Source: a virus
Taxonomy: Duplodnaviria; Caudoviricetes
Length of the DNA stretch: 64,000 nucleotides
Direction: 5' to 3' (one strand)
Virus record (IMG/VR): IMGVR_UViG_3300035507_000199
Location: 1-64,000 of that record
In this document: positions 28,825 through 38,282 of the stretch, one piece after another
How the letters are laid out: each line of letters starts with the position of its first letter
Position numbering within the stretch: position 1 is the stretch's first letter
The notes under the pieces: generated by a model
Told to the model about the DNA's origin: nothing
The model's input: the letters and a program-made list of their open reading frames with translations, nothing else
Databases searched by the model: none
Made by a program: the position numbers and the translations under genes

Positions 28825-31454
28825 TCTATGCCATTCTCCTTCCTATATGTCGTAATAGCTGAATCTAGGCTACGAATAAAATCTTTATAATATTGTTTTA
28901 CATTACTTCTTGCCAGCTCTACGTCACTCTCTTCTTTATTTACATCAGATTTAACTTTTTTATACTCTGAAAGATACGTATTATAATCACCTTTTGCAGC
29001 AATTACTTCAGATTCACCGCTTTCGTCACTTTCAAATGAATAGGTTGAAATTTGTTTTGAATATCCTATTTCAGATATTACTCCATTTTGAGGAATAATG
29101 ATTTTAACATCATCTAAAGAAGATAGTTCATATTTTTCAGTTTCAGTTATATCAATAGCTTCTCCATCAATAAAAATCTGGAACAAATCATCTGTTATTT
29201 CCACCGGCATTTGATCTAAGCCTTTTTGTCCATCAAGATAATAATTTAAATAAGGTGAAAATATTGCTGAATTTGCATCAACATAGACTCCCTCTCCTGG
29301 AATTTTTCTTTCATCCGTTCTTTTGCATCTAATTTGATAAAGCTTTAAAGTATCTAAGGAAGTAACTATATTATTACATCCTGCATCACTATAATAAGTA
29401 TATTTAGTATTTGGATTAAAATCTTTTTCACTTGTAGCTTCACAAAAAACATATTCAACATCTCGTTTTATAAATCTTGCCATAGATAATTTTAAAACTG
29501 TAGTTTTAATATCTTGAATATATGAATATATATCAGTAATTTCATATAAATCTTTATTTTCTTTTGATGGGGCTTTTACAACTCCAATAAGTTGCTGACA
29601 AGGAACATCTTCAATACTGATTTGTTGAATAAGACCAAATACACTAACAGCTTTAGTTTGATAACTATAAGTTAATAATCCATAAGAGAGAGAATCTGTA
29701 GCGACTTCAATTTTACTAAAAGGTGTTGTTGTAGCTTGCGCTGAATATGATCCAGTAGCTCCAATCTTGATAGGTTCTCCGTCTATAAAAATCATTGATC
29801 CTGGCATCATATCCACAAAAAATACTGAATAAGCTACTTTATCATTTATTTGAATTTTTTCAACTCCAGAATTATAATTATCATCTTTTGAAATATCATA
29901 CTTACTTGTATCAATCTTTGTTAAATCAATAGTAGTCCATCTTGTCATAGTTTTAAGGTTTTCTGTCGGATCAATAAGACCATAATATTCAAGATTGTCT
30001 GTTGTATAATCGGCAATCTCATATGCAGTACAACTAAATGTATGGAGCATGCGGCCGACCGTATCATTTGGACTCAAAGATACATTCATTAATCGAACAA
30101 TAAAGTTACCTTCTGTTGGAGACCTAAATATCTTTGCATTACCATCTGTAAGCCATTCTAAAACAGCTGTCTTAAAGATTCTTTCAGCCGTAATATTTTC
30201 ACCAGTTAAATCTGTAATGTTTGAGGAAATCCCCAACTCTTCCTTGGTCATGAATAATTCTGCTTCGTCCATTTGATAAGAAATTAGTCCAGAAAGAGCT
30301 AACTCAACATAGTTAACGTTTCCATTTCTTGTTACAAATGGATGTTTACTTCCCATTGTTTCGGTTTTAGTTTCAAGTATATCATGCTTAAAAGTTGAAA
30401 CTTTAGGATTAAAACGAATCTTTAATTGGCGTTCGCCATCATATAAAAAAGCATCTTCAAAGTCAGCAAAAATGTCTTTAGAACAAAGTCTATCTGAGTA
30501 AATTCCATTTTCATTATATTGCTGTAATGAATATCTATATGTCGCTCCTTGCTCAATCGTACAATCAAGAAGACTCCATTGATCCGGAATCATTGACTGA
30601 AGATTAAATCTTCTAAATTCTTCCCAAGCATATCCATTTAAACTACTTGCACGAGAAATTAAGAAAGTTCCAGAAACGACACTATCAATAGTATCATTCA
30701 TAGTTAATAGAATGTTCCCATTATCTGGGTCTAATGTAGCAACTAATTCAGCATTAATTTCTGGATTAATAGATCTTCGTTGCATTATTCTATATCTATT
30801 AGAACTTTTTTCTAACCCATTTGTTGTGGTAACAGAAAATTGAATATAGTATGAAGTGTCAAGATTTAAATCCATAGATAATACAAATTCTTCTTGAGAT
30901 TCATTAGGAATAATATCATTATTTATATTATGAATAATCTCCCCAGAATCTTTTATGATATTATCATCATTATCATAAACTTTAAATCTTGATGAATACA
31001 TTTTTTCAGTTGAATCTTGACCATCGCTTGCTTGACTATAAACTCCTACATATCTATAATTATGCATATTAACAGAACCAAAAGTCAATCCACTAATTTC
31101 TACAACTGGTTCAGTTGTATATTTTACAACTCCAACAGTAGAATAATAGCCAATTACACTTTGCTTATTAATATAAGCTAACTGTATTTTATAATATTGC
31201 CCAATATTTAGTTGACTTTGAATTGAGCTTACATTAAATTTAACATACATATCTGACTGAATATCATAATCAGTTGAATTTAAGGTTCCTAAAACCGCAA
31301 TCTGATTTCCACTTACAGTCTTTATTTTTAATTTAAATCCAGCTACTTCTATTCTTGACACTGCTCTATTCATAGAAAACGGGACCACTAAAGTGGTCCC
31401 GCAGAAAGCCGGAATTGTGCCTCCTATGCTAGGCGGGTACAATTTTGTAGCCAT
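28821..31454 (-). CDS. Distal-tail (Dit)-like protein with FN3/Ig-like N-terminal domains
   Basis: KTETMGSKHPFV...WLTDGNAKIFRSPTEG...FSCTAYEIAD pattern; position upstream of the hub gene with a 4-bp overlap. Confidence 0.62.
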   Translation of the reverse strand: MATKLYPPSIGGTIPAFCGTTLVVPFSMNRAVSRIEVAGFKLKIKTVSGNQIAVLGTLNSTDYDIQSDMYVKFNVSSIQSQLNIGQYYKIQLAYINKQSVIGYYSTVGVVKYTTEPVVEISGLTFGSVNMHNYRYVGVYSQASDGQDSTEKMYSSRFKVYDNDDNIIKDSGEIIHNINNDIIPNESQEEFVLSMDLNLDTSYYIQFSVTTTNGLEKSSNRYRIMQRRSINPEINAELVATLDPDNGNILLTMNDTIDSVVSGTFLISRASSLNGYAWEEFRRFNLQSMIPDQWSLLDCTIEQGATYRYSLQQYNENGIYSDRLCSKDIFADFEDAFLYDGERQLKIRFNPKVSTFKHDILETKTETMGSKHPFVTRNGNVNYVELALSGLISYQMDEAELFMTKEELGISSNITDLTGENITAERIFKTAVLEWLTDGNAKIFRSPTEGNFIVRLMNVSLSPNDTVGRMLHTFSCTAYEIADYTTDNLEYYGLIDPTENLKTMTRWTTIDLTKIDTSKYDISKDDNYNSGVEKIQINDKVAYSVFFVDMMPGSMIFIDGEPIKIGATGSYSAQATTTPFSKIEVATDSLSYGLLTYSYQTKAVSVFGLIQQISIEDVPCQQLIGVVKAPSKENKDLYEITDIYSYIQDIKTTVLKLSMARFIKRDVEYVFCEATSEKDFNPNTKYTYYSDAGCNNIVTSLDTLKLYQIRCKRTDERKIPGEGVYVDANSAIFSPYLNYYLDGQKGLDQMPVEITDDLFQIFIDGEAIDITETEKYELSSLDDVKIIIPQNGVISEIGYSKQISTYSFESDESGESEVIAAKGDYNTYLSEYKKVKSDVNKEESDVELARSNVKQYYKDFIRSLDSAITTYRKENGIE

Positions 31455-31459
31455 ATTCT

Positions 31460-31663
31460 TTACTCCTCTTTTTCTGTTTCAGTTTCCTCTTCTGCAATCG
31501 GAACCTCTTCAAGTTCCACTCCGAGAGATTTTGCGGTCTCAGAGATAATTCCCTGTAAAGCTTCAAGGCATTTAGCCATCATAAGTGTGTCTTTTCCTTT
31601 TGTTGAAATTAATAAAAGGGTATTATATGTTTTAATAAGTTCTGAAATCTGTTCTGTAGTCAT
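31460..31663 (-). CDS. Small acidic hypothetical protein
   Basis: Start moved to ATG 31663 (GAGGAGGAG RBS). Confidence 0.75.
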   Translation of the reverse strand: MTTEQISELIKTYNTLLLISTKGKDTLMMAKCLEALQGIISETAKSLGVELEEVPIAEEETETEKEE

Positions 31664-31667
31664 TATA

Positions 31668-32057
31668 TTACTCCTCCTCTTCTGGTTCTTCAATCATAAA
31701 AAGAATAGCCTGCATCTGTTTAGTTGAAATCTGAGTATTATCAAATGCATCAAGTTTAATAGGATAAATCTTTACTTCCTGCTCAAGATTAAAAAGATCT
31801 TCAAGTTCTTTACTTGCCTGTTCAATATTCTCTGGTGGAATCTGAAATCCTTGACCGTCTTCATTTAATTCTCCATAATGCTGAGCAATCTTCATACGAG
31901 ACTCCTCAACCGATTTCGCCAACTCTGTAAGAGTAGTAATATTTTTCTGTAAATAGAAATTTACCTTAATTGGAAGGTAAAGTTCCTCATCATTAAAAGC
32001 ATCTCCTAAAAGAGTTGCATAATTATAAATTTCATTGTTTGTAAAAATTTTTGTCAT
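31668..32057 (-). CDS. Small helical phage protein (DUF1617-like, possible tail chaperone)
   Basis: Start moved to ATG 32057 (AGGAG RBS); LPIKVNFYLQKNITTL...EESRMKIAQHYGE pattern. Confidence 0.65.
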   Translation of the reverse strand: MTKIFTNNEIYNYATLLGDAFNDEELYLPIKVNFYLQKNITTLTELAKSVEESRMKIAQHYGELNEDGQGFQIPPENIEQASKELEDLFNLEQEVKIYPIKLDAFDNTQISTKQMQAILFMIEEPEEEE

Positions 32058-32073
32058 ATCCTTTTTCTCCTTT

Positions 32074-35000
32074 TTAACTTTGTTTTTTAAATTCAACTCC
32101 AGTAATTTCTAAAGATATATCTCCAGAAGCATTCTCACTACCATCTAAAGTAACTTCTTGACTGCCAGTCCCTTCAATTTTTAATCCAGTAGAGCTAATT
32201 AAGTCATAAACATCTACAGTCTTTTCTGTTCCAATTATATTTACTGTAGTAGCGCTACTATATGTATACGCTGGAGTATTAGTTGAAAAACTTTCACCAA
32301 CTTTTAAGTTGTGTGAATATCCATTTTCTACTATTGTGCAATAATCTTCTCCTATATAAGTGCATTTTATAGAAATGCTTTTTTGCGTCATACCTGTATA
32401 ACGAGTTATTGAAGCTCCTTTAGTATAATAAGTTTTTTGAGAATCTGATTTAGTATAATAATCACCTTTAAAAGTTCCTTTCATAGTTATATTAAACTTT
32501 TTTTTTAAGTCATCTAAGAAAGCTAAAGCCCCTAATGTTTTACCATTAAAAGTCACATTAGCCTTATCTGGTAAAGCACAAGATAAGGCTCCACTTGCCG
32601 CTAAAGTTCCGCCACTATATACTGTTAATTTTGAAGCTCCGACTTCTCCTCCTGCAGGAGTCAATAAATTTGGTGCTTGAACAACTCCACCACCTATTGA
32701 AATACTATCTGATCCAATTGTTAAACCATTAGAATTTAAAGTAATATCTGATCCAATTGTTAGTCCGGTTGATGATAATGTTACATCTGATCCAATTGTT
32801 AATTGACTTGAAGTTAAAGATGTTCCGCCCTTCATGCTTAATCCGCTACTACTTAATGACCAAGGACCTATTGTTCCAGCTGTTGCATTAATATTATTAA
32901 AAGTTGCAAGACCTTCTTTGGTAACACTCCAACTGTTTCCTGTTATTTTTCCTTTTAAATCCATATCACCAGTAACTGTTAAACTTCCTGAAATTTTTGT
33001 AGTGCCTGCTAAATTAGAAGTTCCATTTACAAGTAAAGTATATTGATTATTATTAGGGGCTGTTCTAATCAATAAATCTGGAGTACCTGAAGTATCTGAA
33101 ACACTAAACCCAGATTTTCCTAAATAAACTCCTAAACCACCCAATGAAGCACTATTTGTCCAAAGCTTATCTGAATCAAAATAGAAAGGTCCAATCTGTC
33201 CACCTGTAGTAGCAGCAATATAAGAAGCTGATATTCTTCCACTCCATGAAATTTTAAAATAAGGGCCAATCTTTAATGGATATTGACTTGCTCCACTATC
33301 GATTATTATATAGCCTTCTTCAGTTTTTGTTTCATTATTTTCTGTAACTGTAAAAGTTCTTCCAGAAGCATCAATCTTAAAATCATAAGATTTAAGAATT
33401 CCAGTCTTCATATTTAAACAAGTTCCAGTTTTATAACTTGAACTCCAATTTTGAGATTTTAAAGTAAAATTATTTGTAGTGATATTTACTAAATCAACAG
33501 TTGCTGCTGTGGTTTCTTTCAAAATATAATAAGCAACATCGCCTTTAGACTCATTCGCTTGCACAAAATCTCCATTTTCATCTATATAATAGTAAGTCTT
33601 ATCAGATGACCATGTAGAAGAATCCCATTTATAATAAGATTGTCCACTATTTTTATAATAGATTTTAAAAAATGGACTTCCACTACTATCCATTTGAATA
33701 TAAGATCCTGCATAATTTCCAGTTGATTGAATAGCTTTAATCGAAAAATCATAAGCAGTTATTTTGCCACCAGTTAAACTTAATTGAACTCCTGATCCAT
33801 TTTTATCTGTCGTTTCTTGTTGCCAATTTTGACTTTGAATAATAAACTCTTTTTTTCCAATATACATTAATTTAAGATCTCTTAAAACCTTATTATCTTC
33901 AGTATATTTTTGATAAACTTCTAAATAAGGATTTCCATCACTGGCGATTTTTACGTATGAACCAGCATATTCACCTTCTGTTTCTTTGGTAAAAAATTCA
34001 AAATTATAACCAGTTAATTTACTTCTACTTAAATCAAATCTAACTCCTGCTTCAGAACCAGATGTTGAACAAAAATCATCTGTTTGAATATACATGTTTG
34101 TAGAAGATATATTAATTAGCTTATTTCCATTACAACTTTGAACTAGAAAATATGGATTACCATAAGTATTATCATTCTCATCTGCACTTGGAGTTGGATC
34201 TATTTTAATCATTGCTTGACTAGTTTTTTCAATCTCTTTTCCAGACTCTTCATCCCAACTAAAGCTTATTGTTTCAGAAAATTTTGGTCCTTTAGAGATA
34301 AGAATTCCAGTATTAAGATCAATTTTCATTCCTTCAGAATTACTTTCATAATTCTGACTTTGAATATATCCTTCATTACCATCAATCTTAATTCTTCCTT
34401 TTCCAGATTTTCCTAAAAAAGCAGTTCCATCTATTAAGAATCCAAAAGATTGCGCGCCCTCATGGTATCCATAAAGCCCAATCTTTGATGCAGAACTATC
34501 AGCTAAAGAAGCCTTGCCCATCAGAACCCCATTAAATTGGTTCTGCTCATTTTTTTCTCCAGCTCCTATCATTGCTGATAATATTGTACCATTATCTTCG
34601 TCAAAAGTCAAACTACCATCCCAAGAGTTTAGCATTAAAGAGGAATAAGTATTTTGATGAATGTAAATTGGTTGTGTCCAAAGAATATTCTCAGCACTTC
34701 CGCCTTCAGTTGCATCAATAGAAAATCTAACATCATTACCTTGAATATACATTGATGGAACAGTAATAATTCCATCTATCGAAACTTGTGGATAATATCT
34801 TTCATCAAAATTTGAATCTCCACTAAAAGTTCTCCAATAAACATTTTCGCTATAAGGTGTTGATCGACCTTCTTCATATTTATATAATTGATATTTATTT
34901 TTATAATAACTTGGATTTACACCAGAAGAATCATAAGCGATTTCAGTCGTTCCGTCAAAAGTAATAAAATCATCTGAGCTTCTTACCGCGATTGGTAAAA

Positions 35001-38000
35001 TTGTACTTAAGCGAACATTCACAGTAGAAGTCTCTGTAATTTCATTTCCTTCTTCATCAACACCCGTTGTATCTTTTTTAGTAACACTTTGAACTAATTG
35101 GTTTGTTTTTGCTTTTAAAATATAATAACGACAATTTGAAATACTTGCCCCATCCACAGTAGAAATAACACAATTATTTCCGCTTGAAGTTTCCATTTTT
35201 AGTCCGCCATTACCTTCAGAATACCAACTAAAATCAAATCCATCTGTGAAAGTTGAAGTAATGTCATTATTTTCATTATCATAGACCTTCGGAACTACCG
35301 TTACACTCTTTCCATGAGTAAGAGCTAAACTTTTGTCTTCAAATTCAAGAGTAAAAGTATAATCAGTTCCATTCGTTCCATGAGGTCCAAAAGTCAAAGT
35401 CGTTTCAGCAGAATAAGTTACATTATTCTTTATAACTTCACATTTAATTGTATTATTGATTGCGCTTTGACTATATTGAGTTTTAATTCTAAATAATTGC
35501 TCTGTTGAGTCTGCCTCTTCAAGTCCTGGCTTTTTACCAACCTTTTCAGTTCCTCTTCGAGTAATTTTAAAATAGCCATTTTCCTCTGAGATAATTAAAT
35601 CTTTTTCATCTAATTGAACATAATATCTAGTTAATGGCGAATAGCTATCACTTTTTTCAACTTTTGCATATTTGCTATCTTCATCATCTTTGCTTGATAA
35701 AAGAACACCATTTATTGTCTTAGTATATAATTGTTCTGGATAAGCTTTAAATTCATCTTCATCTGCAACATTAACCATTTTATAATAATCGTACTCATAT
35801 CCAAGTGTTGGCGGATATATCATAGTATTTTCTGTTGGAATATACCAAGTAATTTGCTCTGCGGTATCCAGCTCATCTTCACCAGATATTAAAGAAGTAT
35901 AAGTTGCAGTTAATGTTCTTAATTTGCTTCCTTCAGAGGAAGACATTATTTTTCCGGTATCATCATAGATTTTATAATTACCATTATAGCCTGCGGTATC
36001 GCATTCAATCGCCAAGCCTCTAATTAAATCTATTGTTGCTTTATCAGCAACTTTTTGTTCATTCGTTAAAATTAAAACATCAGATTCGTAATAATTAACC
36101 ATTCCATCTAACTCAGCTTCTTTGCTTTCATATTCAGTTATGGCATTATTCATTTCTTCCGTTGTATAAGGCTTACCTATAAAATATAAATCAACCCCAA
36201 CTAAATAATTATAAGATTTAGAAGATTCAACATAAACTTCTGCAATTTTTAATTCTGCGTCATGTTGATTATTTAGATCATTTAATTTTTTTGCTTTTTC
36301 TCCACTTAAATTATTGCCAGCCGCAATTAAATTATCATAATAAGTATTAAGATCAGCTACTTCTGTGTTCTGCTGATCTTTAAGATTTTGCGCACTTGAA
36401 TTAATTTTGTCTCTGTTTATTACGCTTGCATTTGAACCGTCTTGTTTTCCAAAACCTAAATTCTTCAATAAATCATTTGCGATATCTTCTGATGTACAGA
36501 CTTGATTCATAATATCTACTAAAAGTAAAATATTATCTGAGCCTAAATCTAGAATTCTTTGTCCTTCAGATAAGCCATTAATTGCAGCTAAAAGGCTACT
36601 TACCTTTTCTTTTAATTTTTTAAGCTCTGTATCATTTGAATCGCCAACTATTTCATCAAGAGTAGTTGCGCCTTCTTTACAAAGATTATAAAGAAAAAGT
36701 TCATTTCCTTGCCGCATACTTCCATAGCGCAATAATGTTTCATCAATACTCTTTAAGAATTCAACATACTCTCTTGAAGGGTATTCAAGAATGGCTTTTA
36801 CTCTTTCATACTGTTCAGTAATATCAGGATCAAATAAAATAGAAAATTTATTTTTCGCTTCTTCCATTTCTTGATAAAAAGCCCCTGCTAACTCATCTTC
36901 AACTCCATTAGCGAGCTTATAACGATACCAATGGATAATTCCTTTTTGAGTAATACCGTTTGTTTCATTTTCTGGATAATCTGATTCTGGAATAGTCTCT
37001 AATGATTTAAAAACTTCAGTATTTTCATCTAAATGAATCCATCTTAATTGAAGTGTTTTTCTGTTCACGTTCTCTGTTAAATATTTATTCACTTCTTCTG
37101 GATTATTTAAATCTAGTTTTAAAAATTCATTTTCTTCTTTAGTTAAAAATTCATATTCTATTTCATTGTCTTCTGTTGCTTCTTCATCAATAGATTCTAG
37201 TTCATCTTCTGTTTCCTCTTCTTCTTTTTTATTTTCTTCAATTTTCTTTTGAATTCTATTTTGAAGAGTAGTTAAATCCGTTCCATAAGTCTCAGAATCT
37301 AAAGTAAATAACATTAAAGTATCTTCTGTAAAATCACTTAAATCATAACCTACACTAATATAGGCATCTTGAATAAAAAGATTATCTGGCAAATCCATTT
37401 TTAAATCACTATCATAATTTGGAATTAATTCTTTATCACCATTATAAAAATCACTGTTTTGATAAAAAACAACTCGCATTGTATCAATAGTACCTAATCC
37501 AGATATATCAACAACTTTTTCTTGATTATAAAAAGTTTCAAAATTGTATGGACTACCATACATATCTGATTCTGAATCAAGATTAAAAGAATAATATTTA
37601 TATTTATTAGTTTCTTGAGTTGTATTATTCTCAACAACTCTTATATCAACTCGTAATCCATAAGAACCAGAAATACAATTCATAGAATTAAGCCAAGCTT
37701 TAAAATTAGCTTTAATACCTAATCTGTCATAATCCTTTAAATTTAAATCTTTTGCACTCCAAATTGTTATTCCTGCACGATCTCCATTAGCTAATAAACT
37801 AGCTTCTTGAGATCCTTCTTCAATCAAATTATGAGTTATATCTATGTACGTTTCCATTGGGGAAACATAAGTAAAATATTCTGTATCATCGCTGGTACAT
37901 TTACCAACAATCATTTTTTGTTCATTAAAATCTCCATTTGGAATATTTACATAAACATAAATGCCCTCTTGGTAATCAGTGTTTTCTGAATATGCTTTAT

Positions 38001-38172
38001 AGCTAGATGCGCCATCTGAGACTATATATTCTCCTTTTTCGGCATTATCAGTATTTACAATAGAGCACTTTATTGTTCTGTCATAAGGTAATGCTTCTAA
38101 TTGTTTTGCAACTATAACATCAACACTTTTAAATAAATTATCCACTAATTCTGAATAATCTTTAACTGCCAT
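32074..38172 (-). CDS. Large tail-tip / central fibre protein (2032 aa)
   Basis: First gene after the TMP; Gly-rich beta-repeat C-terminal half (GGQIGPF, AGTIGPW, LTIGSD x3); acidic coiled-coil insert. Confidence 0.72.
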   Translation of the reverse strand: MAVKDYSELVDNLFKSVDVIVAKQLEALPYDRTIKCSIVNTDNAEKGEYIVSDGASSYKAYSENTDYQEGIYVYVNIPNGDFNEQKMIVGKCTSDDTEYFTYVSPMETYIDITHNLIEEGSQEASLLANGDRAGITIWSAKDLNLKDYDRLGIKANFKAWLNSMNCISGSYGLRVDIRVVENNTTQETNKYKYYSFNLDSESDMYGSPYNFETFYNQEKVVDISGLGTIDTMRVVFYQNSDFYNGDKELIPNYDSDLKMDLPDNLFIQDAYISVGYDLSDFTEDTLMLFTLDSETYGTDLTTLQNRIQKKIEENKKEEEETEDELESIDEEATEDNEIEYEFLTKEENEFLKLDLNNPEEVNKYLTENVNRKTLQLRWIHLDENTEVFKSLETIPESDYPENETNGITQKGIIHWYRYKLANGVEDELAGAFYQEMEEAKNKFSILFDPDITEQYERVKAILEYPSREYVEFLKSIDETLLRYGSMRQGNELFLYNLCKEGATTLDEIVGDSNDTELKKLKEKVSSLLAAINGLSEGQRILDLGSDNILLLVDIMNQVCTSEDIANDLLKNLGFGKQDGSNASVINRDKINSSAQNLKDQQNTEVADLNTYYDNLIAAGNNLSGEKAKKLNDLNNQHDAELKIAEVYVESSKSYNYLVGVDLYFIGKPYTTEEMNNAITEYESKEAELDGMVNYYESDVLILTNEQKVADKATIDLIRGLAIECDTAGYNGNYKIYDDTGKIMSSSEGSKLRTLTATYTSLISGEDELDTAEQITWYIPTENTMIYPPTLGYEYDYYKMVNVADEDEFKAYPEQLYTKTINGVLLSSKDDEDSKYAKVEKSDSYSPLTRYYVQLDEKDLIISEENGYFKITRRGTEKVGKKPGLEEADSTEQLFRIKTQYSQSAINNTIKCEVIKNNVTYSAETTLTFGPHGTNGTDYTFTLEFEDKSLALTHGKSVTVVPKVYDNENNDITSTFTDGFDFSWYSEGNGGLKMETSSGNNCVISTVDGASISNCRYYILKAKTNQLVQSVTKKDTTGVDEEGNEITETSTVNVRLSTILPIAVRSSDDFITFDGTTEIAYDSSGVNPSYYKNKYQLYKYEEGRSTPYSENVYWRTFSGDSNFDERYYPQVSIDGIITVPSMYIQGNDVRFSIDATEGGSAENILWTQPIYIHQNTYSSLMLNSWDGSLTFDEDNGTILSAMIGAGEKNEQNQFNGVLMGKASLADSSASKIGLYGYHEGAQSFGFLIDGTAFLGKSGKGRIKIDGNEGYIQSQNYESNSEGMKIDLNTGILISKGPKFSETISFSWDEESGKEIEKTSQAMIKIDPTPSADENDNTYGNPYFLVQSCNGNKLINISSTNMYIQTDDFCSTSGSEAGVRFDLSRSKLTGYNFEFFTKETEGEYAGSYVKIASDGNPYLEVYQKYTEDNKVLRDLKLMYIGKKEFIIQSQNWQQETTDKNGSGVQLSLTGGKITAYDFSIKAIQSTGNYAGSYIQMDSSGSPFFKIYYKNSGQSYYKWDSSTWSSDKTYYYIDENGDFVQANESKGDVAYYILKETTAATVDLVNITTNNFTLKSQNWSSSYKTGTCLNMKTGILKSYDFKIDASGRTFTVTENNETKTEEGYIIIDSGASQYPLKIGPYFKISWSGRISASYIAATTGGQIGPFYFDSDKLWTNSASLGGLGVYLGKSGFSVSDTSGTPDLLIRTAPNNNQYTLLVNGTSNLAGTTKISGSLTVTGDMDLKGKITGNSWSVTKEGLATFNNINATAGTIGPWSLSSSGLSMKGGTSLTSSQLTIGSDVTLSSTGLTIGSDITLNSNGLTIGSDSISIGGGVVQAPNLLTPAGGEVGASKLTVYSGGTLAASGALSCALPDKANVTFNGKTLGALAFLDDLKKKFNITMKGTFKGDYYTKSDSQKTYYTKGASITRYTGMTQKSISIKCTYIGEDYCTIVENGYSHNLKVGESFSTNTPAYTYSSATTVNIIGTEKTVDVYDLISSTGLKIEGTGSQEVTLDGSENASGDISLEITGVEFKKQS
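32707..32801 (-). repeat. 39-bp (13-aa) coding repeat x3
   Basis: ATCTGATCCAATTGTTA at 32707, 32746 and 32785 (LTIGSD). Confidence 0.88.
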
Positions 38173-38195
38173 TTAAGGGCCTCCTTTCTCTCACT

Positions 38196-38243
38196 TCTAT
38201 TATACCTAAAAATTTTCGCAAAGTCAATTAATTTTAATTGGCC
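38196..38243 (-). promoter_or_regulatory. Conserved junction element, copy B (one base longer)
   Basis: GGCCA-N8-TAAT-N15-TTTTA-N7-TAGA; overlaps a sigmaA promoter. Confidence 0.55.
38199..38227 (-). promoter_or_regulatory. sigmaA-type promoter
   Basis: TTGACT-17 nt-TATAAT upstream of the 38172 start. Confidence 0.82.
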
Positions 38244-38278
38244 AAAACAAAAAATAGGGTGGAATAAATCCACCCTAT
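38244..38278 (-). terminator. Intrinsic terminator after the tape measure gene
   Basis: 10-bp stem ATAGGGTGGA/TCCACCCTAT plus T-tract. Confidence 0.87.
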
Positions 38279-38282
38279 ATTT

